A stretch of 64,000 nucleotides of DNA from Eledone cirrhosa (taxonomy: Eukaryota): the NCBI GenBank assembly GCA_964016885.1, contig OZ024747.1, positions 35,340,001 to 35,404,000 of the forward strand, given 5' to 3'. Shown in pieces: positions 26,884 through 40,400 of this stretch. Position numbers and translations under genes: made by a program. The notes beneath the pieces are model-generated. The model saw only the letters and a list, made by a program, of their open reading frames with translations. It searched no databases and was not told the DNA's origin. How positions within the stretch are numbered: position 1 is the first letter of the stretch; each line of letters starts with the position of its first letter.

Positions 26884-29289
26884 AGTGAGATAGAAACACA
26901 TATATAGAATGAAATAATGAAACAAAACAATATCAGAGTGTGTAATTCTATGAGAAATAAAGTATACGAGATTGAAATGTGGAAAAGAAGAAAAAACAAA
27001 AGAAAAAACGACAAAGAAAACAATATAAATAAGAAAAAGATAAAATAAAAAAGAAAAAGAATATGAATAAAATAAATTTTCTGTGAAATTTTATGATATG
27101 AATATGAAGAAAACCATTCATAACTGGATAAAAATAGTTAACTTTTCAGCCTGCAACGTAAAGTAAATTTTGGGTTAGAATCTAGTCCTCTAATTTATCA
27201 TATCTCTGACATTTCAGAATCCTATTTGCAATATTCGATTATAAATTTGCTTTATGGATAACCACAGACTTTCGTATTAATAACGGTACTGCATACGACA
27301 AAGAATAGTGCGAAATTTGATATTTTGCCAATAAGGATTTCTAAATTTAACACAAAATGACATATCATTGAGTGAATTACAACGATCTCAATACGGTATT
27401 TCAATCTATGTAATTGTCAATGGTGAGATGGAAACTCAGACTGAAAAGGGAAACCACTGAAGAGCACGTTTATCTTGGCGTCTTCGTGAATCTGCAAAAA
27501 TCACTGGTACACAATTTCGGCATATATATAAAATATATATATCAATATAAGATCCGAAATAAAGATCCGAAGGCATGGTATACATTTCCAATCATTTTAA
27601 TCACGACACATATTTCAATAAGAGATAGATCGATCATGTAGCCATGATCGATTATCACTGATCTCGTCAGGTGAAAATGAATTGTCTTCAAATCCTTGAT
27701 ATGAGGGAGAAAATTAACGATAGTCACTCACAGAGTTTAGTGCCTCATATGAAGATCAAACAGTCAAAACACGGCGACTGCTATCGTCTTCAGTTAGGGT
27801 CATAAAGCTATCAAGTCTCTCCCAATAGTTGCAAAAGACGCTGGACATCAATCAAATCTGTAGAATTAGAGTCGGTCACAGTTAATGTGAGTGAGTACAC
27901 ACACTCACACACACCGACGCAAGGTCAAAGAAAATATATATACATATACCAACATAGCATCAAATGTGTAGAACTATAGACGGTCACAGTTAGTGTGAGT
28001 GAGTACACACACACTCACACACACCGACGCGAGGTCAAAGAAAATATATATACATATATATACATAGTATTCACCGAAAACAACAAATGTTATATTGGTC
28101 AAATCTCAATTTAACGATGTAAATTTGAAAAATTGGGTCACCGCAACCCTATACACACGCAAGTAAGTTCAGTTCAATGTTCTGCTATACGTGTATAGAT
28201 TGAATTGTAACATCCGTATCTCCAAATAGTGTATGTTATGGTATATACACATCCGTATCGTCCAAGAAAGTGTATGTTTTGGTATATACACATCCATGTG
28301 AAGAGCAAGTAGTCAGCTCATATCGAACTCAGTATGTGCCGCTGTCCTATTGAGAATCCGAGTCCCCAAATCTATGTGTGCAAGCAACCGCTATGTAGGC
28401 TACCAAGGGGCTCTGTATAGGGTTGGGTATTTGGGTTAAGGTGCCAATATGTGCGATTTCCCGTCATATTCTTTTTGTTGAATCTATTAGAGAAGCTGAC
28501 TGAAATTTTAAAAAATCCCATTAAATATTAATTTATTATATGGTAATGTCATAATTTCTGTCACAACAGTTCAAAACGTCGCATAATATATATCGTCATG
28601 TTTTCTCTATATTTTACCACGAAAGAAAATATTTTAATATTTCAATATACGATGTCTTGCGAACACTGAGACGTTTAGAGTATATAGAATGATATTTAGC
28701 AGAAGGGGCAGAGACACTGAACAAATATTTTCACAATATTTTAGAAAATATTCAGATGTGGAGATATATTTCTGTTTGTCAAAGTACTGGTTGTCATATA
28801 ATACTTTAATGAACCAGTATTAATATAGAGATTCTACTTTTGGCACAAGGCCAGCGATTACCCTAGGGCACCACTGTTACTTTATTAATATAGACATCAA
28901 ATTTCAAATTATCCAATATGTCAATGGAATATTTGCATATGGGGGTTTAAAAGTTCCAAAAAAACGGTAATTAATTAGTAGCCAGAAATTCCTTAGAATA
29001 ATGGGGCACGCACTCGCCGTGCCAGTGGAAAATGTGTCTTTCGATACCTCGGAAAAACTGCCAATTTTCTAATGTCTGTAGGCGCTATATACCTGATTTT
29101 TCGAATTTTAATTTAGTTATGTTACACATCCACGCACAAGCACTCACACAGATGCACACACACAGACGCACACGCATACACACATACACACCCACAGAAA
29201 CATATATACATGTGTGTGTGTGTTTGAGAACCTTTATATGTATGCGCGTGCGTTCTCGAGTGTGTGAGTGTCTGTATATATATATACAG

Positions 29290-30262
29290 ACTTTTGATCG
29301 CAAAACCAACGCCAGACTGTCTGTGTTCTGCGCTTTTCCCTAACCAGAAACATTGATACTCTCCTGTCACTTCTTCCAACTGTGCCGACCCAGCATGACG
29401 AGTTTTACTGAGCATACAAATGTCAATATTGCGTTTTTGCAATTCCAATGCAACAGGGGCCGTTTTCCGTTCCGGTGCTGAGTCATTATCTTGGAGTGTG
29501 CGAACATTCCAAGAGCCGACATTGAGTTGCTTTTCTGATAATATTGGGACTGCATTCCTCATAACCAGACAGCTGCAGTGGGATGTCAGGTTTGGTGTGA
29601 ACAAGCAATGTTTAGGGCTCCTTTTATCGCCCCCTCCTCAAAGGAAAGTAGTGCTACGTCTAAAAAAGACATGCTTTGTCACTTATTGTAGGACACGGAC
29701 AGCACAATTGTTCACGAGCTTGTGCTAGAACGGCCACCAGACAGCAGTCACTATAGTGCAGAGCTCCAGCTACAGACTTCCAGTAGTATCCTCTACCTGT
29801 CCCCGTCACTATCATTCCATCCTCTTCGGACTCCACCTGCAAAAGACTGGCGGAAATGTGAGAAAGTGAACTGGTGTTGAACTACCCCCACAAAGTTTTG
29901 TTTTAAGTGGTGAAGGCTTGTGTAGTACCAACCACACTTTTGGGAACTGAGGACACATATTTTCTGTACAAATGTTTGCCACGGAAAATACAATGACAGC
30001 CCTCAGCTTTTTGTGCGTCTCCGTATAGCTTAGTATTTTTATCGTGACACACAGAAAAAAAGAATACTATTTGAATGGCCGTTGACTCTGCTGAGTTCCT
30101 CCACCCTTTTCCGGGACTTATATTTCATCCCACAGGTTTTCCAAATAACACCATCCTTACCAAGCACACTTGGTGGGGTTGCCGGTTTAGTCGCCGACGA
30201 CCCGACCAGGCGACAGGTTGTACTGGGTTACATGTTACCAGTAACACTTGAGAGCGATCTGA
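29290..30262 (-). mobile_element. RTE (BovB-like) LINE: inverted 5' part (5' UTR plus APE N-terminus)
   Basis: LNVGSWNVRTL...PERKTA.VALEL....IDICMLSKTR...FW.GK......SGVGFAIKS. Confidence 0.85.
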
Positions 30263-31745
30263 CATAAACTCTTTGCCTTCCCTACCCAAGGGTTTTTCTG
30301 ATAGAATTATGACTCTCAGGCTTGAACTGCACGATAGCTCAAGTGTCACGTTGATGAGCTGCTATGCTCGTACATTGACGAACTAGGTGATTTTAAAGCT
30401 CGAGTTGGCAGTGACTATTTGGCTTGGGATTGTGTTCTTGATCGCAATGGAGTTGAACGCATGAAATAAAATGGTCAGCGACTCCTATCAATATGCAGAG
30501 AATTTGACTTGGGCATTACAAACACGCTCTTTCAACAATCTAAGCAACGGAAAACAATATGGATGCACCCTCGATCAAAACACTGGCATATGATTGAATT
30601 TATTATCACATGAAAATGTCACATAAAAGACTTCTCCATTACTCGTTCCTTTCATAGCACCTGAATCCTCTCTGATCATGCACCCCCACGATGCAACGTG
30701 TCTTTTCGTCTCATTCGTAGGAAGCTCCAAAAGTCAGTAATTTCAAAGCGAATCAACATTCGATCATTAAAAACTGCTCGGAGACAAGACGAACTTTCCG
30801 AGCATTTAGATATCTCACTTGAATATGTCAACATTTATGATGATATTGTAACCTCTTAGCTTGTCTGTTCGGAAACACCAAGATTGGTTTGACGACAACA
30901 AATTGGAAACCCAATTGATCATAAAGCAGATGCATGATCACTCGGCTTCGATCACAGAAAAAAACAATTCTGCAAAGCAACATGCATACAAAAACTGCAA
31001 AAACCAGATGCACAAAACTTTTAGAGATGTGAAAGAGGTTCGGTGGGCAGCTAAATCAACCGAGTTGCAGAAGGCTGCCGACCGCAAGGACCCCAAAGCA
31101 TTCCATGATATTTTAAAGTCTGTTTTGGGTCCTCGTGAGAGTGGAGTATCACCTGTACTGTCCTCGGATGGCAATACCCTGTTGACGGAAAATTCGGAAA
31201 TTTAACTCCGCTGGAAGGAGTATTTTAAATCTGTCTTGAACAATGCATCATCATCAACGAAGATTTTATAGCCTGTATCCCTCGTGCCCTCAGATACCAC
31301 AACTGAAATGTTGGCCCTCTCTTGACGAAGTGCGAAAATACATTAGCCAGATATCATATGGTAAGGCACCAGGCAAAGATGTTATTCCACCAGAGATCTA
31401 TAATTATGGTGGTAAAAAAAAAACATGATCTTTTTCGCGTTATTTGGAATAAAAGCTCTGTGACTCAGGATTTCAAGGATGCATCCATTCAACACCTTTT
31501 CAAAAACAAAGGCTAGAGAGTTGTTTGTGACAACTGGCGGGGCATATCATTGCTTAATATTGCTGGCAAAATCATCGCACGAATTATTTCGAACAGAATC
31601 ATTGAGCAATTTGTCAATAACATCTACTCAGAATCACAAGGTGGTTTTAGGTCGGGTCGATGTACAATTCACATGATTTTTGCCCTGCGTCAGGTTGCCG
31701 AAAAAGTTCGCGAGAAAAACCAAGAACTGTACATGGCTTGTGTTT
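30263..31745 (+). mobile_element. RTE LINE: continuation (rest of APE, linker, start of RT), 3'-truncated
   Basis: SLPSLPKGFSDRIMTLRL, ITNTLFQQ...WMHPRSKHWH.I, DWFD, KAPGKDVIPPE, WRGISLLNIAGK, ESQGGFRSGR. Confidence 0.9.
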
Positions 31746-32104
31746 TATTTCCTAACGTGTATTGATATATAGAAAATATTTTTTTCAAATATGATTTCAT
31801 ATTTTCTGAGACACTCGCTTTTTCAGATATACATTTTTTCTTTAGTTTATGTATTGCACTATATAGTTGCTCGCTAAAATAGTAAATTTTCCTTTCACAC
31901 CTGTCTTTTTTTAGTATTATACGTAAACTTTATATTGTTACTTGCTAAAACAGTTCATCATTTTTTAACGATTGTTTATTTTAAGTACTATATATAAACG
32001 CTACATAGTTTCTTGCTGTATTAAAGCAACTTCCTTTCACGTCTGTTTAGGTTAATTATTTTATCTAAACTCTATATAGTTTCTCGCTAAAATAGTAATC
32101 ATTT

Positions 32105-32668
32105 TTCCTGTTTTTGTCGGTTTTCCACTCCTCCTCCACATCATAATCCGTCTCCAGCTGTGCGAGGTCTGGGAATGGATGTCCTCCACAGGTTTTGGTG
32201 TTGCTTGTGGTGTGACGAATGGCGGTGGCGCTAGTGTTACTTCTTGCATAATGGATAATGGTGGTTTCCTGCTACCGTACTTGGTGTGTTACTGCTGCCG
32301 TTACTGCTGCAGTTTCTGCTGCCATTACTGGTGCCATTGCATCTACTGCTGCTATTGATTGTTGAGGGTAGATGGTCGTTAGGTGGGTTTTCTCCCGACA
32401 ATGTTTCAGACCCTGTCACATGGCAGTTGGCTTAGAATTGTGTGGGAGTATTCTGTTATTTTCTGCCACTTTTTGTTTATTTAAAGAATAAAGTTTAAAT
32501 ATTTGGGACGAGGGCCCAAATACTAGGGAAGGTTCTGTTTAGAGAACAAAATCAACAGTTATCTAAAGTTAACGACAAAAATGTTTCATATCTAGCAATT
32601 CAAAACAACTTAAAAACAAGAAATATTCTAGAGCCGATATCAATACGTTTGTCAAAAATGTAAAGGCT
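32105..32668 (-). mobile_element. Internally deleted 5' remnant of Tx1-like subfamily B
   Basis: TPQATPKPVEDI matches TPQPQQTPVEDF of the ORF1 at 41434-41964; same 5'-UTR hairpin type at 32500-32522. Confidence 0.6.
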
Positions 32669-32696
32669 ACAACTACTACTACTACTACTACTACTA

Positions 32697-35600
32697 TTAG
32701 TTTTATTTATTATAGTTTCATTTATTGGCAACAAGCACCGACATATAGGGGACAAAACAAAAGACTGGGACATTGGGGTTTTACAGAAAAATCGAGTAAA
32801 CAATATGAATAACAATAACAAAGTAACAAGAAAAATACAAGAAAAATTTCCCAAAAGGGGGATGACCACCCAGGGTTCGCTCAGGTACCCCACCAATCCT
32901 GAACCACCCGACGCTTCGAGTGCACCCTGGATGTGCACCCCTCTCCTCCTCAAATTTACCCACCTACAGCCGCATGACCAGAGTAGGCCCACTCACACGG
33001 GCCATTCTCGCCACATTCACCCACCTTTCAACAAATGTACTGGGGGGGGGGGCAGTACTTCTCTCTCCACCCTCACCTTCCTTTCCAAGTGAAATTTGAA
33101 AAAGATGATAAGGGATTGGCCGAAGAGAAAAGTGTCTGTCTTCAGTCCTTTCAACCTGGTCCACCATACAACCTCTTTTGCTACTGCCACCAGGAAAATT
33201 GCCTGCTCTTCCTGACCAAAAGAAGGCGGCGGGTAAATCTTCACTATGGACTCTGCCGATAGCCGGATCCGTTCTACACGCGACAACAGCTGTTCGACAT
33301 ATCTCCAGAAGTCAGTAATGCACGGACACTGGACGAGTGTGTGCAGAAGGGTTTCGTCGCCCTGCGCGCATCTCGGGCAGCTCTGTCTGACAGCACTTCC
33401 GCGCCTGTAGAGTTTATCTCGAACCCGCAGTGCCTCACAGTAGCCCTGTCAAGCGAGGGATTTTTGGAAATTATGCATCGGCCCCGGCTCAAATGTCCTC
33501 CGGAACAGACTGGTTAGTTCGACTTCGTCGACTCCCAGAGCCCCTCCGAGTGCGTCGTCCCACTTGCCCATAACTAATCCTCTATAGAACTCGAGAGTGG
33601 AAGTTACACTGACCGCATTACCCGCCTGGTAGAGGGCAGTGAGTGCCTGGCAACATTCCAGATGTCAGTCCCCCAGTTTCGGTCTCTTCTTGACCCAAGT
33701 CTGCAGCTCAGTCAAAGAAACGAGCTGCGGAAAGGCCCGTCTGACAAAAGGCGACCACACCTGTTCACCGTTTAGGCAGAATATCTGGAGATACCGCAGC
33801 CTCAGCGTGTGTCTGCGCATCATTATCCACAGCATGCCCAGCCCTCCACGTAGAGGGTGCTGGCAGCAGATGGCCCGCCTCACCAGCAGAACCTGACCTC
33901 TCCACAAGAATTTGAAGAGGAGCCTCTTCAAGATGGCAAATCACGAACGGGAGGAAGGGACGATGGTCCGACGATAGTAGATGACGGACGCGATGTACAC
34001 GCGTTCGCCACCTCCGCCCGAAATTTCAGCGATAGCTTTCTCGCAGCCCATTTCTGGGTTTGATTGGCTACACTGCCCGTCACCTCGTCCATATTCTTAT
34101 CCACCTGCAAGGCTGGCCCGAACCAATCCCCGATCAACTTCACCGGACCGTCCGTCCATGAACGGCATGGACTAGCCTCTCCAGGTGCCGAGTTGCAAGC
34201 CCACCGACTTTTCCGGGTTAAGTTTTGTTTCTGTCAAACTTTCATATTCCTCCAATAAGTTGCCAACCACCTCGATTTCTGAGGTGTCCGACACCATCAC
34301 GGTTATTTCATCCGCATAAGCCGACACAGCCTTTCCGCGTCCCGGTTCGAACGGGATGCCCTTTAGCATATCCTTTGCTAAACTCTATCTACATTACCCT
34401 AATCTCGCTTTTGAGAGCCCCCCCCCCCCCTCTCCCCCCATACCATCTGTTATTGACGACTCTCCCTGTCAAATTTGTCTTAGCTAAATTGTTGACCTTG
34501 TCCCTGTAAGCCTTACGTGCCGGAAATGGCATGTTCACCATCCAGTAACCAGGTCCTAATCTACGCGTCTTATCTTGGTCGACCATACAGATCACAAACT
34601 TGTGATCTGAATAGGCGACCGTTTTAAAACGTGGACTGCTTACACTATTTCTGTCTATTTTCCTAATGAAGATCCTGTCTATATACGATCAACATGATTC
34701 TATGCGGCTAGTCCAGGTTCACACTGACTCATTAGGGAAATCTAGTCGGTACCTGTCAGACAGTTGGAACTGGCTGATCATGTTCTTGAGGCTTTTGCAC
34801 CCGCCGCTCCTATCGGATACTCCCACACAGTCCCAGCGTGCGTCTAAGATGCCGTTCCAGTACCCCGCTAATAGTAAAGGCTTCCAGGCGTCTAAAGAAG
34901 TTCGGCCGTCCTGCCCCAGTAGGGGCGTAGACGACCACCAGTCTAAAGGCACTACCTTCGTTATTGTTCACCTCCAGGACCACCAACATCCCGTCCGGGT
35001 CCCGGTGATCGACCTTACCTAGGCCTTTCCTAAACAACACTGCCAATTCACCTCCCATTACCGGCCGACTCACAGATGCAAATATGTGATAGTCGTCGAA
35101 CATGGGGGTTAGTGCGCGCGTGTCGGAAATATTTGTCTCGCTGACGGCAATTACATCCATTTCTAGAGACCTGAGGTCGTTGAGGAGGTGACCCTGCTTC
35201 CAGGACGATCCACGACGATCCCAAGCCTCGAACGTTTAAGCTTCCTACACTTAATACGGCCATGTTGGCAGGTGAAAAGAGACAGAGGAAAGGTTTATTT
35301 ACCTTCCGGGTTCTTGTGAAGGTCGGGTGGTTCGACCTCCATAGTTGGTGGGGTTTCTTTTGGGAAGCCCTTTAAAAGACTTGAAGTGGGTTTTACGTTC
35401 GGGATTCCCATTTCCCGAGGAAAGCTGTCTCGTATCTCTTTGTATAAATCGAGCAACATTCACACCAGAAACAAATCTTCTAGCACGCGAAATGTGCTCG
35501 ATTTAAAAACTTCCCCCTCTTTTTGTTTATTTCCACTTCGTGCTACGATCGTCATCTCTTCCTTGTTGGCCCTCCTGACCAGCACGAAGTTTTGTATGTT

Positions 35601-37396
35601 TTGTTTTTTCGATTGTGTCTGTGTTTGTTGTGAGTGCGGTGTCTGTGGTTTCAGATGTTTGTGTGTGTATTTGTTCTTGCGTCTGTTTCGGTTGTTTGCG
35701 TTTGGGTGATTCTGGTGATGGTGATGGTGATGGTGGTGTTGGTGTTATTGGAGAGATGTTTGCGTGGGTGGTGTCTGCATTTTTATTGTGGGTGATTTTG
35801 TGATTTGTTGAGTTTTTTATTCCTTTTTGTGTTTCCTTTTTTGTATTTTGGGGGATTTTGGTTTTCCCACATCTTCACTATTGGTAGATGAGGGCGTCTG
35901 TGTCTGTAAGTGTGTCTGTGTGTATGTTTATGTTTTTATTGATGTTTGTATTTTTGGCGGGGATGAGGAATTTGACAACTTTCCTCGTTTCCCCACTGGT
36001 TGTTCAATTTTGGTGGTGCTCTTTCTATTGGTATTGTTGTTGGTGGTTCTCCGGTGCTGGTGTTGGTTGTGGTGCTCGCTCCGGCGTCGGCAGCTGTGGA
36101 GCCGTTCGACCCCTTGCATCTCTCAGCAGTTGAGGGCAGAAGGCTCGCAGACAATGCGGCTTTTTGCCCTCGGACATAATATGAATGACCGTCCCATTCT
36201 GAAGGCGGATGTGGTCCGGGATTATCTTGACATTCTCCGGCCTGATCTGTAGAAGTAACTCCAGGTTAACCCCGGACCAGTCCTCTCTGGTCGATCTTGT
36301 CACTTCTATCGGGACCGTATCCTTACCCTCCACAGTCACACAACCCAGAAGCCACCACATGTCAAGTCCTGGTGGGATTCTGGGAATGCGGAGACGGGCC
36401 GTTCTTTTTCCCATGTAGGAGGGGTACATTATGACCTTGCTGGTTTTGCAAGGAGTCATAGCGTGTTTCATAGTGAGAGTTTATGACATGAACAGCACTG
36501 GAATGGTACCGTTCTTCTGCCCCTCGCTATGTATTCAGTGTCATCTCTGATGCAACACAGCGCGACTTCAACATCTTCTTGTGGAAATAAAGCCGCCCTT
36601 TTGGTTTGTGCTGAGATGCATCTATAATGCACCGTCCTGCGCTCCACTGCCTCAATAGCTTCTATCGGGACAGTTAAATTGGCCCAGGTTTGCTCTTGTT
36701 TGATGAGCTTCCAGACCAGGGCCAACTTTTCATCTTTGTTTGAGAGGTCCATGTTGAAGCATGGCCACTTTTTGCTGCTGCCACAGCGAAAGTGTTCTTC
36801 TTGTTGCCATTGGGGGTGTTGTTGTTGTTGTCGTTGTATTTGTTGGTGTTGTTGTTATCACTGTCACTGTTATCATTATTGTCTTTGGTGCCGCCGTTGT
36901 TCTCGGTGCAGTTGCTATTGTTGGTGTTGTCGCTATTTGTTTTCATGTTAGTGGTGTTGATATTGTTGTTGCATTTGTCATTATTTCTGTTATCTGTATT
37001 TTCGTTGTCGCTCTTACTGTCATTTTTTCAAAATTAGAGTTCTCAGTGTTGTTATCATTGCTGTCTTTGTTTACATTGTTTGTGGTGGTGTTTGTTGTAT
37101 CAATTTCTGTTAATTTCAACGTAGCGCTCCTCTCAACTTCTACGTCGTTGTCGCACGACAGCAGATATATCGCTGCGGGGCGTGACTCAGCCATATTTTT
37201 TTTTGTTTTTTATTCGATAATTTTTTGAAATGTAAAAAAGTTCAATATTTGCTCCAATAGCCCAACATATTATTCTTTCTCCTTCACAGGGCAAATTCCA
37301 AGGGTTTGTATGCCTTACACAACAATAACAAAAATTCAATAAATAAATTTTGACTGGTAAATAAATAAACTTACGGGAACATTATTATTCAGACTC

Positions 37397-37397
<1 letters not shown>
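32697..37397 (-). mobile_element. L1/Tx1-like LINE subfamily A, copy 2 (large internal deletion at ~34370)
   Basis: ORF1 remnant ~35295-37194; ORF2 remnant 32964-35263 (SLNVRGL, AYADE); (AGT)n tail at 32671-32696. Confidence 0.95.
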
Positions 37398-37429
<32 letters not shown>

Positions 37430-37430
<1 letters not shown>

Positions 37431-40400
37431 CTTTCTTTATTAACAACAAGGGTTTACACAAAGAAATACATTAAGGACAGTACTTGAAAATACAGGACAA
37501 TACAGGACGGTACACATGGGCATTTCTGCGTGAAAAAAACCCAGAGAATGTAACAAAAAAAGAAACAATGAAAAATTCCCCAATAGGGGCGAGACTTCCG
37601 AGGGACATTCGTGGAGAGAGCCCATTAAAAAAGCCACGGTGCCCTGGCCACCAGGGCAACTGCTCTCTCCCAGTTTTCCACCTTTAATTTACAGACACAT
37701 ACTCAGAGTAGGCCCATTCACACGGGCCATTCTTGCCTCTCTCACCCATCTTTCAACAAAATACTGGGAAGAGAGCACTTCCCTCCCTACCCTGAGTTTC
37801 CTTTTTAAATGGAATCTGAAAAAGTTAATCAGGGCATCACCGAAGAGATAGGTGCTCGTCTTCAGCCCTTCCAAACGCATCCACCATACTATCTTTTTCG
37901 TCATGGCCACCAGACAGATAACAACTGCCTGCCCTTCCCGGCTAAAGGAAGAGGGCGGGGCAATTCTCACGATGGACTCAGCTGATAGCTGGATTCGTCC
38001 TACACGCGACAGCAGGTGTTAGACATAAACCCACAAGTCAGCAATTCTCTGACACTGGACGAGTGCGTGCAGGACGGTTTCGTCGCCCTGCGCGCATCTC
38101 GGACATACCCGGCTGACGGAACCTCCATTCCTGTAGAGTCTATCCCGAACTGGCAAAGCTCCTCGGTAGCACTGCCAGGCCAGGGATTTCTGGAAGTTGT
38201 CCATAGGCCCCGGCCCGAAAGTTCTTCCGAAGAGATTGGCTAGATGATTTTCGTCGACGCCTAGAGTTTCACCAAGTACGTCGTCGCCCTTCCCCTCTAC
38301 TAATCTTCTATAAAACGCTAAGGTGGAGTTTCCACCGATCCCATTGCCCGATTGGTCGAGGGCTATGAGCGCCTGAAGACATTCCAATCTCCAAGCGCTC
38401 CCTCTCGGTCTTCGCTTGACCCAGGACTGCAGCTCCGTCAAGGAGACCAGCTGGGGAAAGATGCGTCTAGCAAACGGCAACCACACCTGAACACTGTCGA
38501 GCAAGAGGTGGAGATGTCGTAGCCTGAGCGCGTGTCTGCACATCATCATCCACGGCATGCCCATCCCTCCACGTAGCGGGTGTTGACAGCAGATGGAACG
38601 CCTGACCATCGGAGCGCGTCCCTTCCACAAAAAGCGAAAGAACAAACGCTCCAGCGTAGTCAGGCGGGGCTTAGGACGAGGTACGACGGTCAGGCGGTAG
38701 TAGATGACGGACGCGATGTACGAATTAGCCACCTCCTCTCGACCTTTCAGGGATAGCTCCTCTCTGCCCATTTCTGGGTGAGAGAAGCCACCCTGCTCGT
38801 CACCTCGTCCCAGTGTTATCCGTCTGGAGGTCCGGACCGAACCAGACCCCTAGCAATTTAACCGGTCCGTGCGTCCAGCGCCTGACGACGCTGTTGGACG
38901 GCATGGACCTGCCTCTCCAGGTGCCGAGCTGCAGGTGATCATTGCTCCTGTCATCGCTTCGTATTCTATTAGTGTAGTGCCTATCGCCTCGATGTGTTTG
39001 GCGTTCGACACCACTACGGTGACATCGTCCGCATATGCTGACACGGATCTTCATCATCCTAGTTCGCGTGGGACTCCCCTCAACGTCTCCAGTTTGTGCA
39101 GTAATGGCTCGAGAGTCAATACGTACAAGAGGGACGAGAGGGGACATCCTGGGTGGACCGAGCGCATGATGTTGAACGGTTCCGAAAGGTACCCGTTCAC
39201 TCTCACCACAGAGCAAATGTCGGTGTGCACGGCAGCGATCCAGCCTCTGAAGACGGGCCCATAGCCAGCCTCCTTCAGGACTGCCGCTAAGTAACGATGG
39301 TCGACCCTATCGAAAGCTTTCGACTGATCTAACTTGATCAAAGACCCACGCTTGCCAGGTTCCCTAGCTACCCTCTCTACTATGTATCGCATGAGGTGAA
39401 GGTTGTCGTGGATGGATCTGTCGGGAATGGCGCATGACTGCGCTTCTCCCACCAGATCACCAACGACAAGCGCCAACCTCTTTGCTAGCACCTTGGACAA
39501 AATCTTGAACTCTGTGTTTAGCAGAGTTATGGGCCTAAAATTATCTATGTTATCCCCCTTGTTCGGATCCTTTCTCAGCAGCGCCACAACTCCTCGGCTC
39601 ACAGAGATGGGAATTCTCCCGTTCTGTTGCCAGTTGGAGTAGACGCCCGCCAAGAGGCCTCCGAACAAGTCTGGCATCTGTACGTAAAGTTCATAGGGCA
39701 GTCCATCCAAACCAGGTGATTTACCCCTTGTGCAGCCAGTAATTCAGAGGCTGTTACCGGCTTATCACAACACTCCGCCTCAGTGGCCGAGAGCTGCGGC
39801 AGTCCGTCGAGGTAGACACTAAAGTCCATCCCTCGATCCGGCGCGCCGCTGCCCCCGAACAGCTGTGCGAAATGTCGCTGAAAAGCTTCACACATTTGCC
39901 CGGGATCGAGTAGCATGCGCCCGTCGTAGTCCACCAAAGACTGGATCGTGGCTTTGTTGCCAAGACGCGCCTCCTCCACTCGGACCAATTGAACCTCCCC
40001 TCGTGTCTGAGAGCATGCACCCTAGCTCTGACAACGCAGCCTTCGTGCTTTGCATTGATCAAGGGCCAATTTCGCCGCAAGTACGTCGGTCGCGATGCCT
40101 TTGCTAAGCGCCTCGTCTAATTTTTTAACTAGTTCTCCCTCTGCTCTATTTTTCTCTATTGCTAAAGCCTTACTAAACCTAATGAACTCTATGCTAATCG
40201 CTCTTTTCAGAGCAAACCACCACTTGTTGTTGACGATGGCCCCCGGTCAACGCCCGCTTAACTAGTTCGCTAATCCGGTTTCCGTAGGCCTCGCGCGCTG
40301 GTAAAAACGCGTTTAGCTTCCACTAGCCGGGTCCTCGTCTATGAAGCCTATTTAAATCTAGCACACAGATCACGAATTTATGGTCCGTGTAGCTGACTAT

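Noticed and set aside
26145-27023. 292-aa ORF and other YI-, CV-, SL-, poly-S/V/Y-rich ORFs
   Set aside because: Translations of microsatellites, not genes.
30150-30262. Possible HDV-like ribozyme at the RTE 5' end (GG-TAA-CATG ... GACTAA-ACCGG on the minus strand)
   Set aside because: RTE 5' ends can carry HDV-like ribozymes, but I could not build P1/P2/P3 pairing; the 5' part may be lost at the inversion. An Infernal search is needed.
32600-32992. Hydrophobic ORF3 in the LINE 3' UTR
   Set aside because: The frame is not conserved among copies A1, A2 and A3; hydrophobicity reflects a T-rich UTR.
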